A DNA stretch of 64,000 nt from Octopus vulgaris (lineage: Eukaryota). Within the stretch, counting starts at the first letter, position 1; the number at the start of each line of letters is the position of its first letter. Shown here one piece after another: positions 1-12,370 of the stretch. A program made the translations under genes and the position numbers. The stretch spans positions 102,362,001 to 102,426,000 of the forward strand of contig OX597820.1 in NCBI GenBank assembly GCA_951406725.2. Direction: 5' to 3'. The notes below the pieces were generated by a model. The model made no database searches. It was given only the letters and a program-made list of their open reading frames with translations, and was not told where the DNA came from.

Positions 1-360
1 TCAGTCCCACTGTGTGGCACCTTGGGCAAGTTTCTTATACTATAGCCTTGGGCCAACCAAAGCCTTGTGAGTGGATTTGGTTGATGGAAACTAGAAGAAG
101 CCCATTGTATATATATATATGTGTGTGTGTGCATGTGTGTGTATTTGTGTATGTTTGTATGTTTGTGTGTCTGTGTTTGTCCCTCCAGCATTGCTTGACA
201 ACCAATGCTGGTGTTTTTACATCCCTGTAACTTAGTTTGGCAAAAGAGACCGATAGAATAAGTACTAGGCTTACAAAGAATAAGTCCTGAGGTCGATTTG
301 CTTGACTAAGGCGGTGCTCTAGCATGGTCGCAGTCAAATGACTGAAACAAATAAAAGAAT
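1..360 (+). mobile_element. tRNA-derived SINE, family A (internal TA/TG microsatellite), 5' end cut by the window
   Basis: Matches the copies at 7461, 19268 and 44547: ...cagtcccactg...gagtggatttgg...(TA/TG)n...caaaagagaccgatagaataagtact...gactgaaacaa tail. Confidence 0.9.
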
Positions 361-635
361 ATCATATTCTTCCTTTTATTCCTTTATTCTTTTACTTGTT
401 TCAGTTATTTGACTGCGACCATGTTGGAGCGCCACCTTGAAGGGTTTTAGTAAAACAATTTGACTCCAGGACTTATTTTTTAAGCCTAGTACTTATTATA
501 TCAGTCTCTTACGCTGAACTACTAAGTTATGCAGATGTAAACACACCATCACAAGTTGTCAAGCAATGATAGGGTGATAAACACAGGCAGAAGGACATGC
601 ACACACATAGATATATGGATATATATATATATATA

Positions 636-868
636 CCGGAGTAAACACATAAATGTGAAACAAGGTGGAAAAAAGAGTACTCAATACCAGTGGTAGAGTA
701 ATATGCTTTATTTAAAGCAGCAGAAAATTCAACAAAACCTGTTACTCTGAGTTTCCCGTTCCCATTCATCGGACAGTTTTTTCCAGCAAAAACTGTCCGA
801 TGAACGGCAACGGGAAACTCAGAGTAACAGGTTTTGTTGAATTTTCTGCTGCTTTAAATAAAGTATAT
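636..868. mobile_element. Penelope-like pseudo-LTR remnant with ~80-bp inverted repeat, flanked by (TA)n
   Basis: Arms 701-782 and 788-868 are near-perfect reverse complements; each carries a hammerhead fold; TA repeats on both sides. Confidence 0.7.
789..835 (+). ncRNA. Type I hammerhead ribozyme motif (U4C core variant); mirror copy on the - strand at 734-780
   Basis: Stem I AAAACTGT/ACAG(G)TTTT; core CCGATGA 797-803; short stem II CG-GCAA-CG; GAAA 814-817; stem III ACTC-A-GAGT; GUA site, cleavage predicted after 826. Confidence 0.7.
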
Positions 869-1365
869 ATATATATATAGATATATACAATGGGCTTCTT
901 TCAGTTTCCGTCTACCAAACTTACTTATGTGGCTTTGGTCAACCTGAAGCTATTGAGAGACTGAACCTGGAGCCATGTGGTTGGGAAGCAAGACTTTTAC
1001 TACACACCCACATACATATATGTATATATATATATATATATATCAATTGATTTGGATCTTAATGATTGTGATTATCAACTCTATAGCCTCTTGTGTAACA
1101 GAGGAATGCTGATAATTATTCCAATTTCATCATCTTGTTAACAGAGTAAATGACATAATCTCTACTTGTTTAATAATGTTAGGTACTCTTCAACTCCAAT
1201 CCCAAGCAAAATTATGTTTGCATATATCTATTCATCGTCATATATGAAAATGAATGGACATGTGCAGCTAATTTTGTTACAGATATTATATATATATATA
1301 TATATATAAATTTAATTTGCCAAAATATTTTCGTCACTTTCAGACTGCAACCTGTTCACTGACAA

Positions 1366-1435
<70 letters not shown>

Positions 1436-1438
<3 letters not shown>

Positions 1439-1645
1439 GTGACCACGTGTGTACTGTTGGTGATTTTTTTCCTCCGTCTTCCCTTTTCTGGATCTTTCCT
1501 TTTCCTATGTTTCTGACGAAGAGCTCCGCTCAAAACGTTAAACCCTCCTTCTTCCCTTCCTTCCTGAGCATCCAATAATACTATATTTGTTCCACGTCCT
1601 CGCGTTGTTGTGTTTTCTCTTTGTGTTTTCATGTTTGGATTAACT
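1436..1645 (+). mobile_element. TA-flanked Penelope-like pLTR fragment with minimal hammerhead (1509-1543, G12 mutated to A)
   Basis: GTTT-CTGACGA-A-GAGC-TCC-GCTC-aAAA-CG-TT-AAAC; same family as 24851-25060. Confidence 0.7.
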
Positions 1646-1686
1646 ATATATATATAAACAGATAGATATAATGTGTGTATACATAT

Positions 1687-1875
1687 ATCTTTTATCTTTT
1701 ACTTGTTTCAGTCATTAGACCAGCCATTAGACTGCAGCTATACTGGGGCACTGTCTTGAAGAAGTTTTAGTCAATTGTATTGGCTCCCCAGTACTTATTT
1801 CTTTAAAGCCTGGTACTTACCCCATTGGTCTCTTTTGCCAAACCACTAAGTTATGCGGACATAAACACACCATGG
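1687..1875 (-). mobile_element. SINE family A, 3' fragment
   Basis: Reverse complement of the family A tail (cttttacttgtttcagtca...). Confidence 0.75.
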
Positions 1876-2246
1876 TGTTATATGCCCCAATACTGGATTT
1901 TCTACTCCTAACCTGCATTTCTAATCTTAACCATTAATTCACTGATGCCAGTACTAAAATGAGGTGAGTAGTCTGAAAAATTATAATTTTATCAACAATT
2001 TCTATCAGATATTTAATCTCCATTTGTGTTTATCAAATGTAATTTTGTCTGTGGGGCTCAGATCTTTCTCTATCACTTGATCCCATAGCTTTCTTAGTCA
2101 TGTAACTCTTAAACTTCAAATCTAGTATTTCACCTGACTTAACTGTATTATTATCAACTGACATAGATTAAGTTGGAAATTGTGATTCAAAACTTTTCTA
2201 ATTATCTCTTTTCATTTGTTAGGTTTTTATTTTGCTTTACATTTTT

Positions 2247-2260
2247 TCAGTTTTTAAATT
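2247..2260 (-). CDS. Candidate terminal coding exon start of an unidentified minus-strand gene
   Basis: Strong acceptor cttctttttttccccccaccattttAG; a stop follows within a few codons in both phases compatible with exon 3877-3914. Confidence 0.2.
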
Positions 2261-2512
2261 CTAAAATGGTGGGGGGAAAAAAAGAAGTCAAATTAGAGCA
2301 AATGTTAAGATTCTCATTGTAAAGTGAAGCTCTAGTTACAATACAATAAAATTCAAAATAAATATTTGTTTATGTCTTTGGTTTGTAAGATTCTTAAAAT
2401 AAAAACTATCGCTGAAAAAGATTTAGATGTATCTTAGGAGAGTCATTATGCCAAAAAGAAAAGCATACACTGGCTCTATTTCACTTTTTTTAATTAATAT
2501 TACTCAACTACA

Positions 2513-2930
2513 AAGCAGCAAGCTGGCAGAATTGTTAGCATGCTGGACGAAATGCTTAGTGGCATTTTGTCAAGCATCACATTCTGAGTTCAAATTCCAC
2601 TGTGGTTGGCTTTACCTTTCATCCTTTTGAGATTCATAAAATAAGTACCATTTAAGCACTGTAATTGACTTATCCTCTTTCTCTAACATGCTGGCTTTGC
2701 ACTGAAATTTGAAACCATCATTATTTGTCAACTACTAAAGTGGTGAGCTGGCAAGATTGTTAGCATGCTGGACAAAATACTGCTTCCATCTTTGTGCACT
2801 GAATTCAAATTCTGCTGAGGTCAACTTTGCCTCTTATCCTTTTGGAGTCGATGAAATAAGTACCAGTTGAGCACTGGGATCCATGTAGTTGACTAGCCCT
2901 TCCTCCAAGATTTCAGCCTTGTACTTATAG
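2513..2930 (+). mobile_element. Two adjacent degenerate SINE family B copies
   Basis: agctggcagaattgttagca...ttcaaattc...cctttcatcctttt...ataagtacc motif twice, CpG-decayed. Confidence 0.8.
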
Positions 2931-2934
2931 TCAC

Positions 2935-3200
2935 ACATGATCACGTGACCGACCAGGCTATCAGATGTTGTTACATATCACTGGTCACAATGCGTTTTAC
3001 GTTGTTTTGACCTTCAAATAATGCTGCCCCTCTGGCTAAGTGAGCAGGCCAATGTTCCTTCTTGATCAAAAAGGGAACTGGAGCAATGTGAAATGAAGCA
3101 TTTTGCTCAAGAACACAATGCACTGCCCAATCAGGGAATTGATCCCATGATCTAGCAATTGTGAATGCAATGACCTAACCTCTAGGTCATGTGCCTTCAT
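2935..3200 (-). mobile_element. CORE-type SINE with a family C tail
   Basis: Tail gatcacgtgaccgaccaggctatcagatg shared with 46257 and 60318; head carries the CORE-like gtgttcttgagcaa...ttcacattgctccagtt. Confidence 0.75.
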
Positions 3201-3876
3201 TGTACTTATAGTAGAAATGATTATTAGTCAGCTACTTAACCATTTAATCAATTAACTAATCAATCATTTGATCAAACATTGAAACAGTCAATCAGTTGAG
3301 TATCTAATTGGTTAAATAACTAATTAGTTGACTATCAGTAAAAAAATAAGCAAAAGAGAACCTGTACATGTGTTTACCAATATTAGCATAATGATCCTCT
3401 CAAGATATAACTGAAAAATAACTAACTGAAATTGAACTTTACATTAAAATTGATAAATATTTTTGCTGTATAATTTAAATTTCAGAGTGTTCATTTTTCT
3501 CTCTGTTTTATCCTTTTAAAATTTCAAACTTAAAGAAAAAAAAGGAAGAGAGTGCAACACATTTGATGAAAATTTCCGTTACTCTGTAGGTTACTAAAGT
3601 TAATTATTGCAAGATGCATTTTTCTATTTGATATGGATTCAAATATTCTAACATAGATGTAGAAATGTCTTAGGTGGAGAAATTTCTTCCTGCTTGTATA
3701 TGTCTTTATTTATTTATTTATTTATTTATTTATATATTATATATATATTTATTTATTTATATATTATATATTTATATATTTATTTATTTATTAACAGAAA
3801 TTAGAATTGGAATAGTGTAGTAGAGTGCTTAACTTCCTGGTAAATAATCTACATAATTTGATTCCTATATCCTCAC

Positions 3877-3914
3877 CTGGGAATAAAAAACGTTTTATAA
3901 ATGACATGCAACAT
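3877..3914 (-). CDS. Candidate 38-nt internal exon, unidentified gene
   Basis: Acceptor ttttgttttgctcttcattcacAG and donor CAG|GTGAGG; two open frames (CCMSFIKRFLFP or MLHVIYKTFFIP). Confidence 0.35.
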
Positions 3915-4837
3915 CTGTGAATGAAGAGCAAAACAAAACAAACAACAAAAAAAATGAAAAGGAAAGGAGAGAAAGTAAACTGATTGAGAGATTCTGCATA
4001 TTCTCAGAGGCATTGCAGAAAAACAAACAAGGAAAAAGTGGAAGTTGTACTGTACTGTGAACATAATTATAAATGAAAATAGCAGCTTCATATAATATAT
4101 TATTTACATGATTTATTGTAGATGATAGCACTTCATAAGATTTTCATGACATCAAATACAAGATTTTTCAGTGAATTACTAAATACTTAAGGCTACAAAT
4201 TAATTATTTTTTTTGCTGTTGTTGCTAATATTTCATAAATATTTCTTATATTTGCTGCTAATATTGTTACTTTTATAGTTGCTTAGCTCCACTTCTTTAC
4301 TGATTAATCAAAGGGGTTTTAGTCATAAATATTCCATCGTTTTTGAAGAAAACATTGTCGAAAGGGATAAAATAAATTAAAATAAAGGAATAAGATATTT
4401 ACTTATGAATTGGCCAGAATGTATTGAGGATGAAAAGATAACTTATTGTTTGAGTTCTCACTGTTCTGCTTGCATCCCACGACAATCTTATTTTCTGTCA
4501 TAATTGGCGCTAAATGGTATTGTTAGTTAGGGGCTTTGCAATAAGTCATTTCCTGAGATGCCACATGTTTGATTGTGAGAGGAATACTTGCACTGAACAA
4601 ATATCAACAGGAACATGAGATAAATAAATAGCATCAATCTTCCAATCTTCTCTCTGATATTTACATCCTACATTAATACAGACTGATGACAGAAATTTAG
4701 CACGTTTATCAAACCATATATATGTGTGTGCATGTGTGTGTGTGTGTGTGTGTGCATGTGCATATGTGTATGTGTGCATGTGTGTGTATGTGTGTGTATG
4801 TATTCTTTGTGTCCTGTTTTTCATTTTATTTCATTTG

Positions 4838-4903
<66 letters not shown>

Positions 4904-4904
4904 C

Positions 4905-5205
4905 TGTGGCTCACTAGTTAGAGCATTGGGCTCACAATCATGAGGTAGTGGGTTCGATTCCCGACTGGGCTCTGTGTTATTTTCTTGAGCAAGACACTTT
5001 ATTTCACATTGCTCCAGTTCACTCAGCTGTAGTGACAAACTGTGACAGCCTTTGCCTTTCCCTTGGATAACATCGGTGGTATTGAGAGGGGGAGCTGGTA
5101 TGCATGTGCAACTGTTAGTCTTCCATAAACAACCTTCCTGGACTTATGCCTTGGAGGGGAACTTTCTAGGCGCATCCCATGGTTATTTATGATTGAAGGG
5201 GGTCT
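4905..5205 (+). mobile_element. CORE-SINE family D
   Basis: tRNA-like A/B boxes (tagttagagc...ggttcgattcc) followed by the CORE-like segment; matches 49917-50235. Confidence 0.85.
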
Positions 5206-5227
5206 CTCTCTCTCTCTCTCACTCTCT

Positions 5228-5266
<39 letters not shown>

Positions 5267-5269
<3 letters not shown>

Positions 5270-5870
5270 TGGGCTGGTAAGTAAAATTCATTAACAATAT
5301 TTACTCAACCACAGATTTCCCGTTTTGTTCCACTACCTTTCACCATCACTGAGGCAGCTTCATGATCCCAACCTCTCAAAACTTGGCATCTTTATGGGTC
5401 GTTAATTGGTCTAAGTAGTTTTTGCACTCTTTTAAAGACTCGAAGTTCTTCCCATTAAGAGAATCTTCTAGGGATCAGAATGAAGGATAATCTGAAGGCG
5501 CAAGGTCAGGTGAGTATGGTGGATAGAGTAGAACATCCCACCCAAGCTGCATTAATTTCTGCCTGGTCTGCAAAGAAACATGTGGTCTAGTGTTGTCTTG
5601 ATGTAAGATGGCACCCTTTTGGTTGGCCAATTCTGGAAGCTTTCCATCCATGACTTCTTTTAATCAGTTTAACATGGAACAATAATAGTCTGAATTCAAC
5701 GTCTGATTTTGTGGAAGTAGCCCATAATTCACAATGCCCTTCCAATCCCACTAGATACAGAGCATCACCTTTGGATATTCCACATGACTTTTTTCATTTT
5801 ATGTTGTCATAAATAATACATTTCTCATCTCGTGTGATCATTCTTTTCAACAGACTGACCACTTAATTGG
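5267..5870 (-). pseudogene. mariner transposase 3' half, degenerate, with TIR remnant
   Basis: Minus translation gives KVMLCI*WDWKGIV, LHQDNTRPHVS and YPPYSPDLAPSDY; homologous to 53150-53690. Confidence 0.9.
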
Positions 5871-5874
5871 TACT

Positions 5875-6125
5875 CAGAAGATAGTACTAATTAATGTTGG
5901 GTCCTTGGGAACACTATCAGAATGCATCAAGAGGAATATAAAGGAAATTGGTGCAAAGTGTCCAATAGAACTATTACAAAAGGTTTGCCACCTTGGCACG
6001 GCCAGAATAATCAGGAAAGTATCAGATAGCTGAAAAGAATGAATAGCATAGTACTGTAAGCTGCAGCTAGTAAGCCTGCTATGCATGCAAGACTCCAGGA
6101 GCTCCAACAAAACCTGTGATAAAGA
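5875..6125 (+). mobile_element. 5'-truncated Dong/R4-like (RLE) non-LTR retrotransposon 3' end
   Basis: KIVLINVGSLGTL...ELLQKVCHLGTARIIRKV, stop at 6031-6033, short 3' UTR ending in a GAG/GAT repeat. Confidence 0.7.
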
Positions 6126-6359
6126 GAAAGAGGAGGAGGAGGAGATGATGATGATGATGATGATGATCCTTTCTGCTATGAGCATAAAGCCTGAAATTTT
6201 GGGGAGGAGGCTGGTCAATTACATTAACCCCAGTGCTTGACTGGTACTTGCTTTATCGATCTTGAAAGGAAGAAAGGTAAAGCTTTCCTTGGTAGAATTT
6301 AAACTCAGCACATAGAGATGGAAGAAATGACAGTAAACTTTTTGTCTAACGATTTTGTC

Positions 6360-6461
6360 TAATGATCATTGTCACCACTATGATTGTCATCATCATCATC
6401 AATTCATTCATTATTGTCATCATCGTCGTCATTGTCATCATCGTCGTCATTGTCATCATCG

Positions 6462-6493
<32 letters not shown>

Positions 6494-6790
6494 GCTGTTG
6501 TTACCAACATTGTGTCATCATCATCATAACCATCATTGTCATTGTCAGTGTAATCATCCTCCTCATCATCATCTCCATCATCATCATCATCATAACCATC
6601 ATTGTCATTGTCAGTGTAATCATCATCATCATCATCATCACTGTTGTTACCGTCATTGTGTCATCATCATAACCATCATTGACATTGTCAGTGTAATCAT
6701 CCTCATCATCATCATCATAACCATCATTGTCATTGTCAGTGTAATCGTCATCATCATCATCATCATCATCCTCATTGTTATTACCATTAT
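6360..6790. repeat. Imperfect (CAT)n microsatellite with a higher-order ~37-bp unit
   Basis: catcataaccatcattgtcattgtcagtgtaatc recurs four times. Confidence 0.9.
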
Positions 6791-7097
6791 TTGTATCTGT
6801 TTGTTTGCTGTTGTCCTACTGGTATGATTAGAGCTGTTTGTCTTTACACCAAACATTTCTCAATATGAATTCCACATTAATCTTCTCTTCTCTGAAGCAC
6901 AATGTTCTTAATTTCTCACCTAAGTACTCTATGTCTTTGATCAGATATAACATATACAATGCCACTAGAACTCTCTTGACAATTTCTCTCTCAAAATGAG
7001 ACTTTTTCTCTTTACTCTCAAGCATCATACAGTCACCCAAATAACAAGCAATTACTATAAACTCTTTTCTCTATGTTTCTCTAAGAATATTTCTGCC

Positions 7098-7166
<69 letters not shown>

Positions 7167-7169
7167 AAT

Positions 7170-7382
7170 CTTTTCTATTGAAGTCATAAAGCCTTAAATT
7201 TGGAGGGAGGGAACTAGTTGATTACATTAACCCCAGTATTTCTCTGGTACTTAATTTATCAACCCTGAAAGGATGGAAGACAAAGTCGACCTCGGTGAAA
7301 TTTGAACTCAGAACGTAGCGTTGGGTGAAATACCGCTAAGCATTTCATCCAGCATGCTAATGATTCTGACAGCTCACTGCCT
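7170..7382 (-). mobile_element. SINE family B
   Basis: ggtacttaatttatc...aaagtcgacctcgg...tttgaactcag...gctaatgattctgacagctc. Confidence 0.85.
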
Positions 7383-7460
7383 TAATAATAATAATAATGA
7401 TAATAATGATAATAATAATGTTGGAAAAGGTAATGGAAATAATAATGTTGGAAAAGGTAA

Positions 7461-7866
7461 AGGCGCAGGAGTGGCTGTGTGGTAAGTAGCTTGCTAACCA
7501 ACCACATGGTTCCGGGTTCAGTCCCGCTGCATGGCATCTTGGGCAAGTGTCTTCTGCTATAGCCCCGGGCCGACCAATGCCTTGTGAGTGGATTTGGTAG
7601 ATGGAAACTGAAAGAAGCCTGTCGTATATGTGTATATATATATATATATATGTGTGTTTGTGTTTGTCTCCCTAGCATTGATTGACAACCGATGCTGGTG
7701 TGTTTACGTCCCCGTCACTTAGCAGTTCAGCAAAAGAGACCGATAGAATAAGTACTGGGCTTACAAAGAATAAGTCCCAGGGTCGATTTTCTCGACTAAA
7801 GGCGGTGCTCCAGCATGGCCGCAGTCAAATGACTGAAACAAGTAAAAGAGTAAAGAGTAAAAGAGA
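7461..7866 (+). mobile_element. SINE family A, full length, young
   Basis: ggcgcaggagtggctgtgtggtaag (A box), ggttcagtccc (B box), internal (TA)n, (gtaaaaga)n tail. Confidence 0.92.
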
Positions 7867-8355
7867 GGATGAAAAGAGAAAAGCAAAAGGCCACTTGGAC
7901 TTTGAGTTCCAGACAGACAGGGTGTTAGAGCACCGAAGGCCAGATGTGGTAACCTTTAAGAAGGACAAACAAGAGGGCCTAATAATCGACATCGTAGTGC
8001 CAGGAGATCAGCATATTATCATGAATGAAAGAAAGAGAAAAGATTGATAAATATGGAGACCTGAGAATTGAGATCGATAAAATGTGGCTGCTATGAGAGT
8101 CAAACATAAAAGTTATCCCTATTGTCATTCGAGCATTGGGTCCAGTACCACCCAATCTGAAAAAAACATCTGGAAGCTTTGGAAATACCCTACAATTTAA
8201 TGCAAAAATCAGCTTTACTTGGGACAGCATGCATATTGTGTAAAGTACTTGCTGTCTGAGGTCCTTGTTGTGACCTGACAAACAGTATAAAACCCTGGTA
8301 CACACAACATCTTCAATCAGCAACATCACAATATTAGATACTGTGCGACATCTTA
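7867..8355 (+). mobile_element. 5'-truncated Dong/R4-like element, restriction-like endonuclease domain (frameshifted)
   Basis: DFEFQTDRVLEHRRPDVV...LIIDIVVPGD...KIDKYGDLRIEI...VIPIVIRALG...MQKSALLGTACILCKVLAV*; followed by (TAA)n. Confidence 0.85.
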
Positions 8356-8426
<71 letters not shown>

Positions 8427-8428
<2 letters not shown>

Positions 8429-8735
8429 TCTCTAGGAATGATAAAAAAGAAAGGTACTGAAACCTATTTGAAAATGATTCCAGGCTTACCATCCCTACAG
8501 GAAATTCAAAAAATCGTATTAACTGGAACGGCTCATGTACTGAGAAGTGCATTATCGCTGTGAAAACAACATCCATCCATGAATTTATTTATTTATTAAT
8601 TTTTAAATACATATTTTATCTGTGAAATTGCTCGTGTAATCTGGGAATGCATACAATGAGCTTCTCTGCCCTAGGTGTATGGAAAACACTCAGCGAGAAA
8701 CGGAAGAAGATTTGAAGAAAGAAGGAAAAAACATA
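8427..8735 (+). mobile_element. Second Dong/R4-like 3' end (different subfamily) between (TAA)n tracts
   Basis: SLGMIKK...PSLQEIQKIVLTGTAHVLRSALSL* (stop 8561-8563), 3' UTR, then (TAA)n 8734-8837. Confidence 0.8.
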
Positions 8736-8838
<103 letters not shown>

Positions 8839-9506
8839 GAAGAAGAAGAAGAAGAAGAAGAAGAAAAAGAAGAAGAAGAAAATGAAATAAAAAACAAAAT
8901 ATAAAAAAAGTTGTAACAAAAAATTATTTTTGTTTTTATTTTATTTCTTTGTTTGTGTATTGATAATTAGGAGTGACTGTATGGTAAGAAGAGCCTAGAC
9001 ATGTTTGCGTGGAAAAATTGGATACAAATGACACCATATGGAAGAGTGTCTTGTTTACAAACATCATTCACCTTGTCAAGTCATGTCAAGAAAAAGAAGA
9101 GCTTGCAATTGGAAGTTCATATATACATACTCGTACATACACTCATATGTACACACTCATACATGCACTCACACAGAAAGAGACACACACAAATACACGT
9201 ACACATATATATACATATGATCTTCAATGGCACTCAGGGCAGAGACACAGAGAATGAATCATATAGTGAAGAAAGAAGGGAGTTTGTAAATAAAACTTCC
9301 TCTGTTGCACATGCACACACATACATGCTCACACACAAACACACATACACATGCACAATTACACAAACACACAAACTTTAACCCTTTTGAAGTACACAGT
9401 GTTTTGGTATGTGTAGCCAAAAAGAGCAAAATCTTTTTCTGTTTTTTGAAATTGATGGGTGCATGTAGAAAACAAAGGAAAAAGTGCCTAAAACTACTTT
9501 GTATGT

Positions 9507-9547
<41 letters not shown>

Positions 9548-9667
9548 ACGTAAAGTTTATAACCGGTACAATACATATCCTTAAATCCTTAAAAATGTTT
9601 TAGCCTGAAGGGCGCGGCCATGCTGGGGCATCACAATAAGCAAACCTAAAGCAACACAATACAGGTA

Positions 9668-9801
9668 AGTGCTGTGTGGTAAATAGCTTGTTAACCAATC
9701 AAATGGTTCCAGGTTCATGCTCAGGTGTATTCTACTATAGCCTCAGGCTAATCAAAGCCTTGTGAGTGGATTTGGTAGATGGAAACTGAAAGAAGCCCTT
9801 C

Positions 9802-9848
<47 letters not shown>

Positions 9849-10051
9849 TGTGTGTCTGTGTTTGTCCCCCACCACCACTTGATAACCGATGTTGGTGTGT
9901 TAACGTCGCTGTAATTTAGCAGTTCGGCAAAAGAGATTGATAGAATAAGTACTAGGCTTACAAAGAATAAGTCCTAGGGCCGATTTGTTTGACTAAAGGT
10001 AGTGCTGCAGCATGACCGCAGTCCAATGACTGGAACAAAAGAATAAAAGAA
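9668..10051 (+). mobile_element. SINE family A
   Basis: Head, internal (TA)n and tail all present. Confidence 0.88.
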
Positions 10052-10254
10052 TAGATATTTCTGTGAAAAAAAACAAAAGAATAAAAAAAATGTACTGAAA
10101 GATGATCTCTGATTGGTTATTACACTGCAAAACCAACCATTTACAATGTATTTTTTATCATGGATCAACCCCAAAGCACTTTCATCTTATATCACTTGGG
10201 CTGATCAATTGGCCTGGGTGTCCCAAGAGAGTTAACCCTCTAGCATTTAATATA

Positions 10255-10488
10255 TGTTTCTTTACTACCCACAAGGGGCTAAACATAGAGGGGACAAACA
10301 AGGACAGACAAACAAATTTAAGTCGATTATAACGACTCCAGTGCATAACTGGTACTTAATTTATTGACCCCGAAAGGATGAAAGGCAAAGTTGACCTCGG
10401 CGGAATTTGAACTCGGAACGTAATGGTAGACGAAATACGGCTACGCATTTCGCCTGGCGTGCTAACGGTTCTGCCAGCTCACCACCTT
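10255..10488 (-). mobile_element. SINE family B
   Basis: Near-identical reverse complement of 18558-18790. Confidence 0.9.
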
Positions 10489-10780
10489 CATAGCATTTAA
10501 TATAGCCTAATATTCTACCTGTTTCATATTCAAATTGGCTAGTTCTGGCTTCTCATTCTAAAAATCCTACTATGTCATTTTGAAAATAAACAATCACATC
10601 AATGAAATCTCAAAGCTAGGAGATAATGCATAACTAATGCAAAACAATGAATATAAGCCTTACATGTGAAAGAATAATCTGAATGATAAAGGGTTAAATT
10701 TGAAAAAAAAAGAAGGAAGAAAATGAAACAGAAGAGGAGAAAGGAGAAAGGGTACTCGTAAATATTTTGATATTTGGCAT

Positions 10781-11069
10781 TGGTGTGGCTGTGTGGTAAG
10801 AAGCTTGCTTTCCAAGCACATGGTTCAGTCCCACTGAGTGGTACCTTGGACAAGTGTCTTCTACTATCACCTTGGGTTGGCCAATGCCTTGTGAGGGGAT
10901 ACGGTAGACAGAAACTGAAGGAAGCCCATCATATATGCATATCAACACACACACACACGCATATATATATGTATGTATATATATGTGTATAGATATATAT
11001 ATATATATTCTTTTATATCATATTCTTTTACTTGTTTCAGTCATTTGACTGTGGCCATGCTGGAGCACC

Positions 11070-11109
<40 letters not shown>

Positions 11110-11380
11110 TATATTATATATATATATATATATATATATGTTTAATATATATGTATATATGTTTAATATATATATACTGTCCAACCCATGCTAGCATGGA
11201 CGTTAAACGACGATGATGATGATGATGATGATGATGATGAGGATATCCGTGTGTGTGTGAGTGTGTCTTTATGTCTGTGCTTGACCACCAGTGTAGGTGT
11301 GTTTACACCCCCTTAACTTGGTTCAGTAAAAGAGAGTGATAGAATAAGTAGCAGACTTAAAAAAAAATAATTACTGGGAA
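10781..11380 (+). mobile_element. SINE family A containing an inverted SINE tail and an RTE 3' tail in its microsatellite
   Basis: Head 10781-10930; inverted tail 11008-11072; RTE tail ccaacccatgctagcatgg...(gat)n 11178-11240; SINE tail 11260-11380. Confidence 0.8.
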
Positions 11381-11686
11381 ATTAAATTGTTGAGAGGAGA
11401 CACAGAGAGGAGGAAATAGAGTCAGAAGACAATTTAAAATACCAAAATCATATTGAACTATCAAAGTGCAAATAAAAAATAAAAAAGAATGATTGGAAAC
11501 ATTGAAACATAAAGAAATGTTAACTACGCAGAATGAAAAAGATTCGTAGTTGTAGATGTGTACTGCATTGTTTATGCTATGTCAAAGATATATAGGTTTT
11601 TAGTACTGGGTGGTCTTATGCCTGCAGTGATGGCATCATCCTAAAATACGGTACAATGTAATATTGTTTAGAATACAAAACAAAGC

Positions 11687-11723
<37 letters not shown>

Positions 11724-12039
11724 TAATAATAATAATGATAACATTTCATCTTTATATAGTTTGTTAACCTTTTTGATACCAAACTACCTGAGATTGCCCT
11801 TTGTTCTATAACACAAACCTCTTGTTTTTAAATTATTTAAATTAAATACGTCTGTCAAAATTTCATGTCAATTTATGTTTCAAACACTAGCTTAATAACA
11901 ATAGAGTTATTTTACTAAGTTCTTTGTTATGTTAAAAAATAATTGAAATAAAAGTAGTGTATTTCAATAGAAATATGGTAGCAAAAGGATGAAGTAATAT
12001 TTCAAGGCAAATAAACTTGCTACTACACATGATTTTGGA

Positions 12040-12370
12040 GAATATTTACTGGCATTCCATCAGTTATGATGATAAAGATTCCAGTTGATCCAGTCAATGG
12101 AACAGCCTGCTCCTGAAATTAATGTTCAAGTGGCTGAGCACTCCTCAGGCATGTGTACCTTTAATGTAGTTATAAATGAGATTCAGTATGACAGAATGCG
12201 ACAAAGCTGGCCTCTTGAAATACAGGTACAACTCATTTTTGCTAGCTGAGTGGACTGGAACAAGGTGAAATAAAATGTCTTGCTCAAGGACACAACATGC
12301 TACCAGGAGTTGAATACATGACCTTACAATCATGAGCTGAATACATTAACCAGTAAGCCACATGCTTGCA
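12040..12370 (-). mobile_element. CORE-type SINE (distinct tail)
   Basis: gctgagtggactggaaca...tgaaataaaatgtcttgctcaaggacacaac is the reverse complement of the CORE-like segment. Confidence 0.75.

Larger units (their letters stand above)
372..1010 (-). mobile_element. SINE family A, interrupted in its (TA)n tract by a hammerhead-bearing palindromic element
   Basis: Reverse complement of the family A tail (372-600) and head (885-1010). Confidence 0.85.

Noticed and set aside
1305-1370. Short TA-flanked unit with a hammerhead-like layout on the minus strand
   Set aside because: Core reads TCAGTGA, too far from CUGANGA to call
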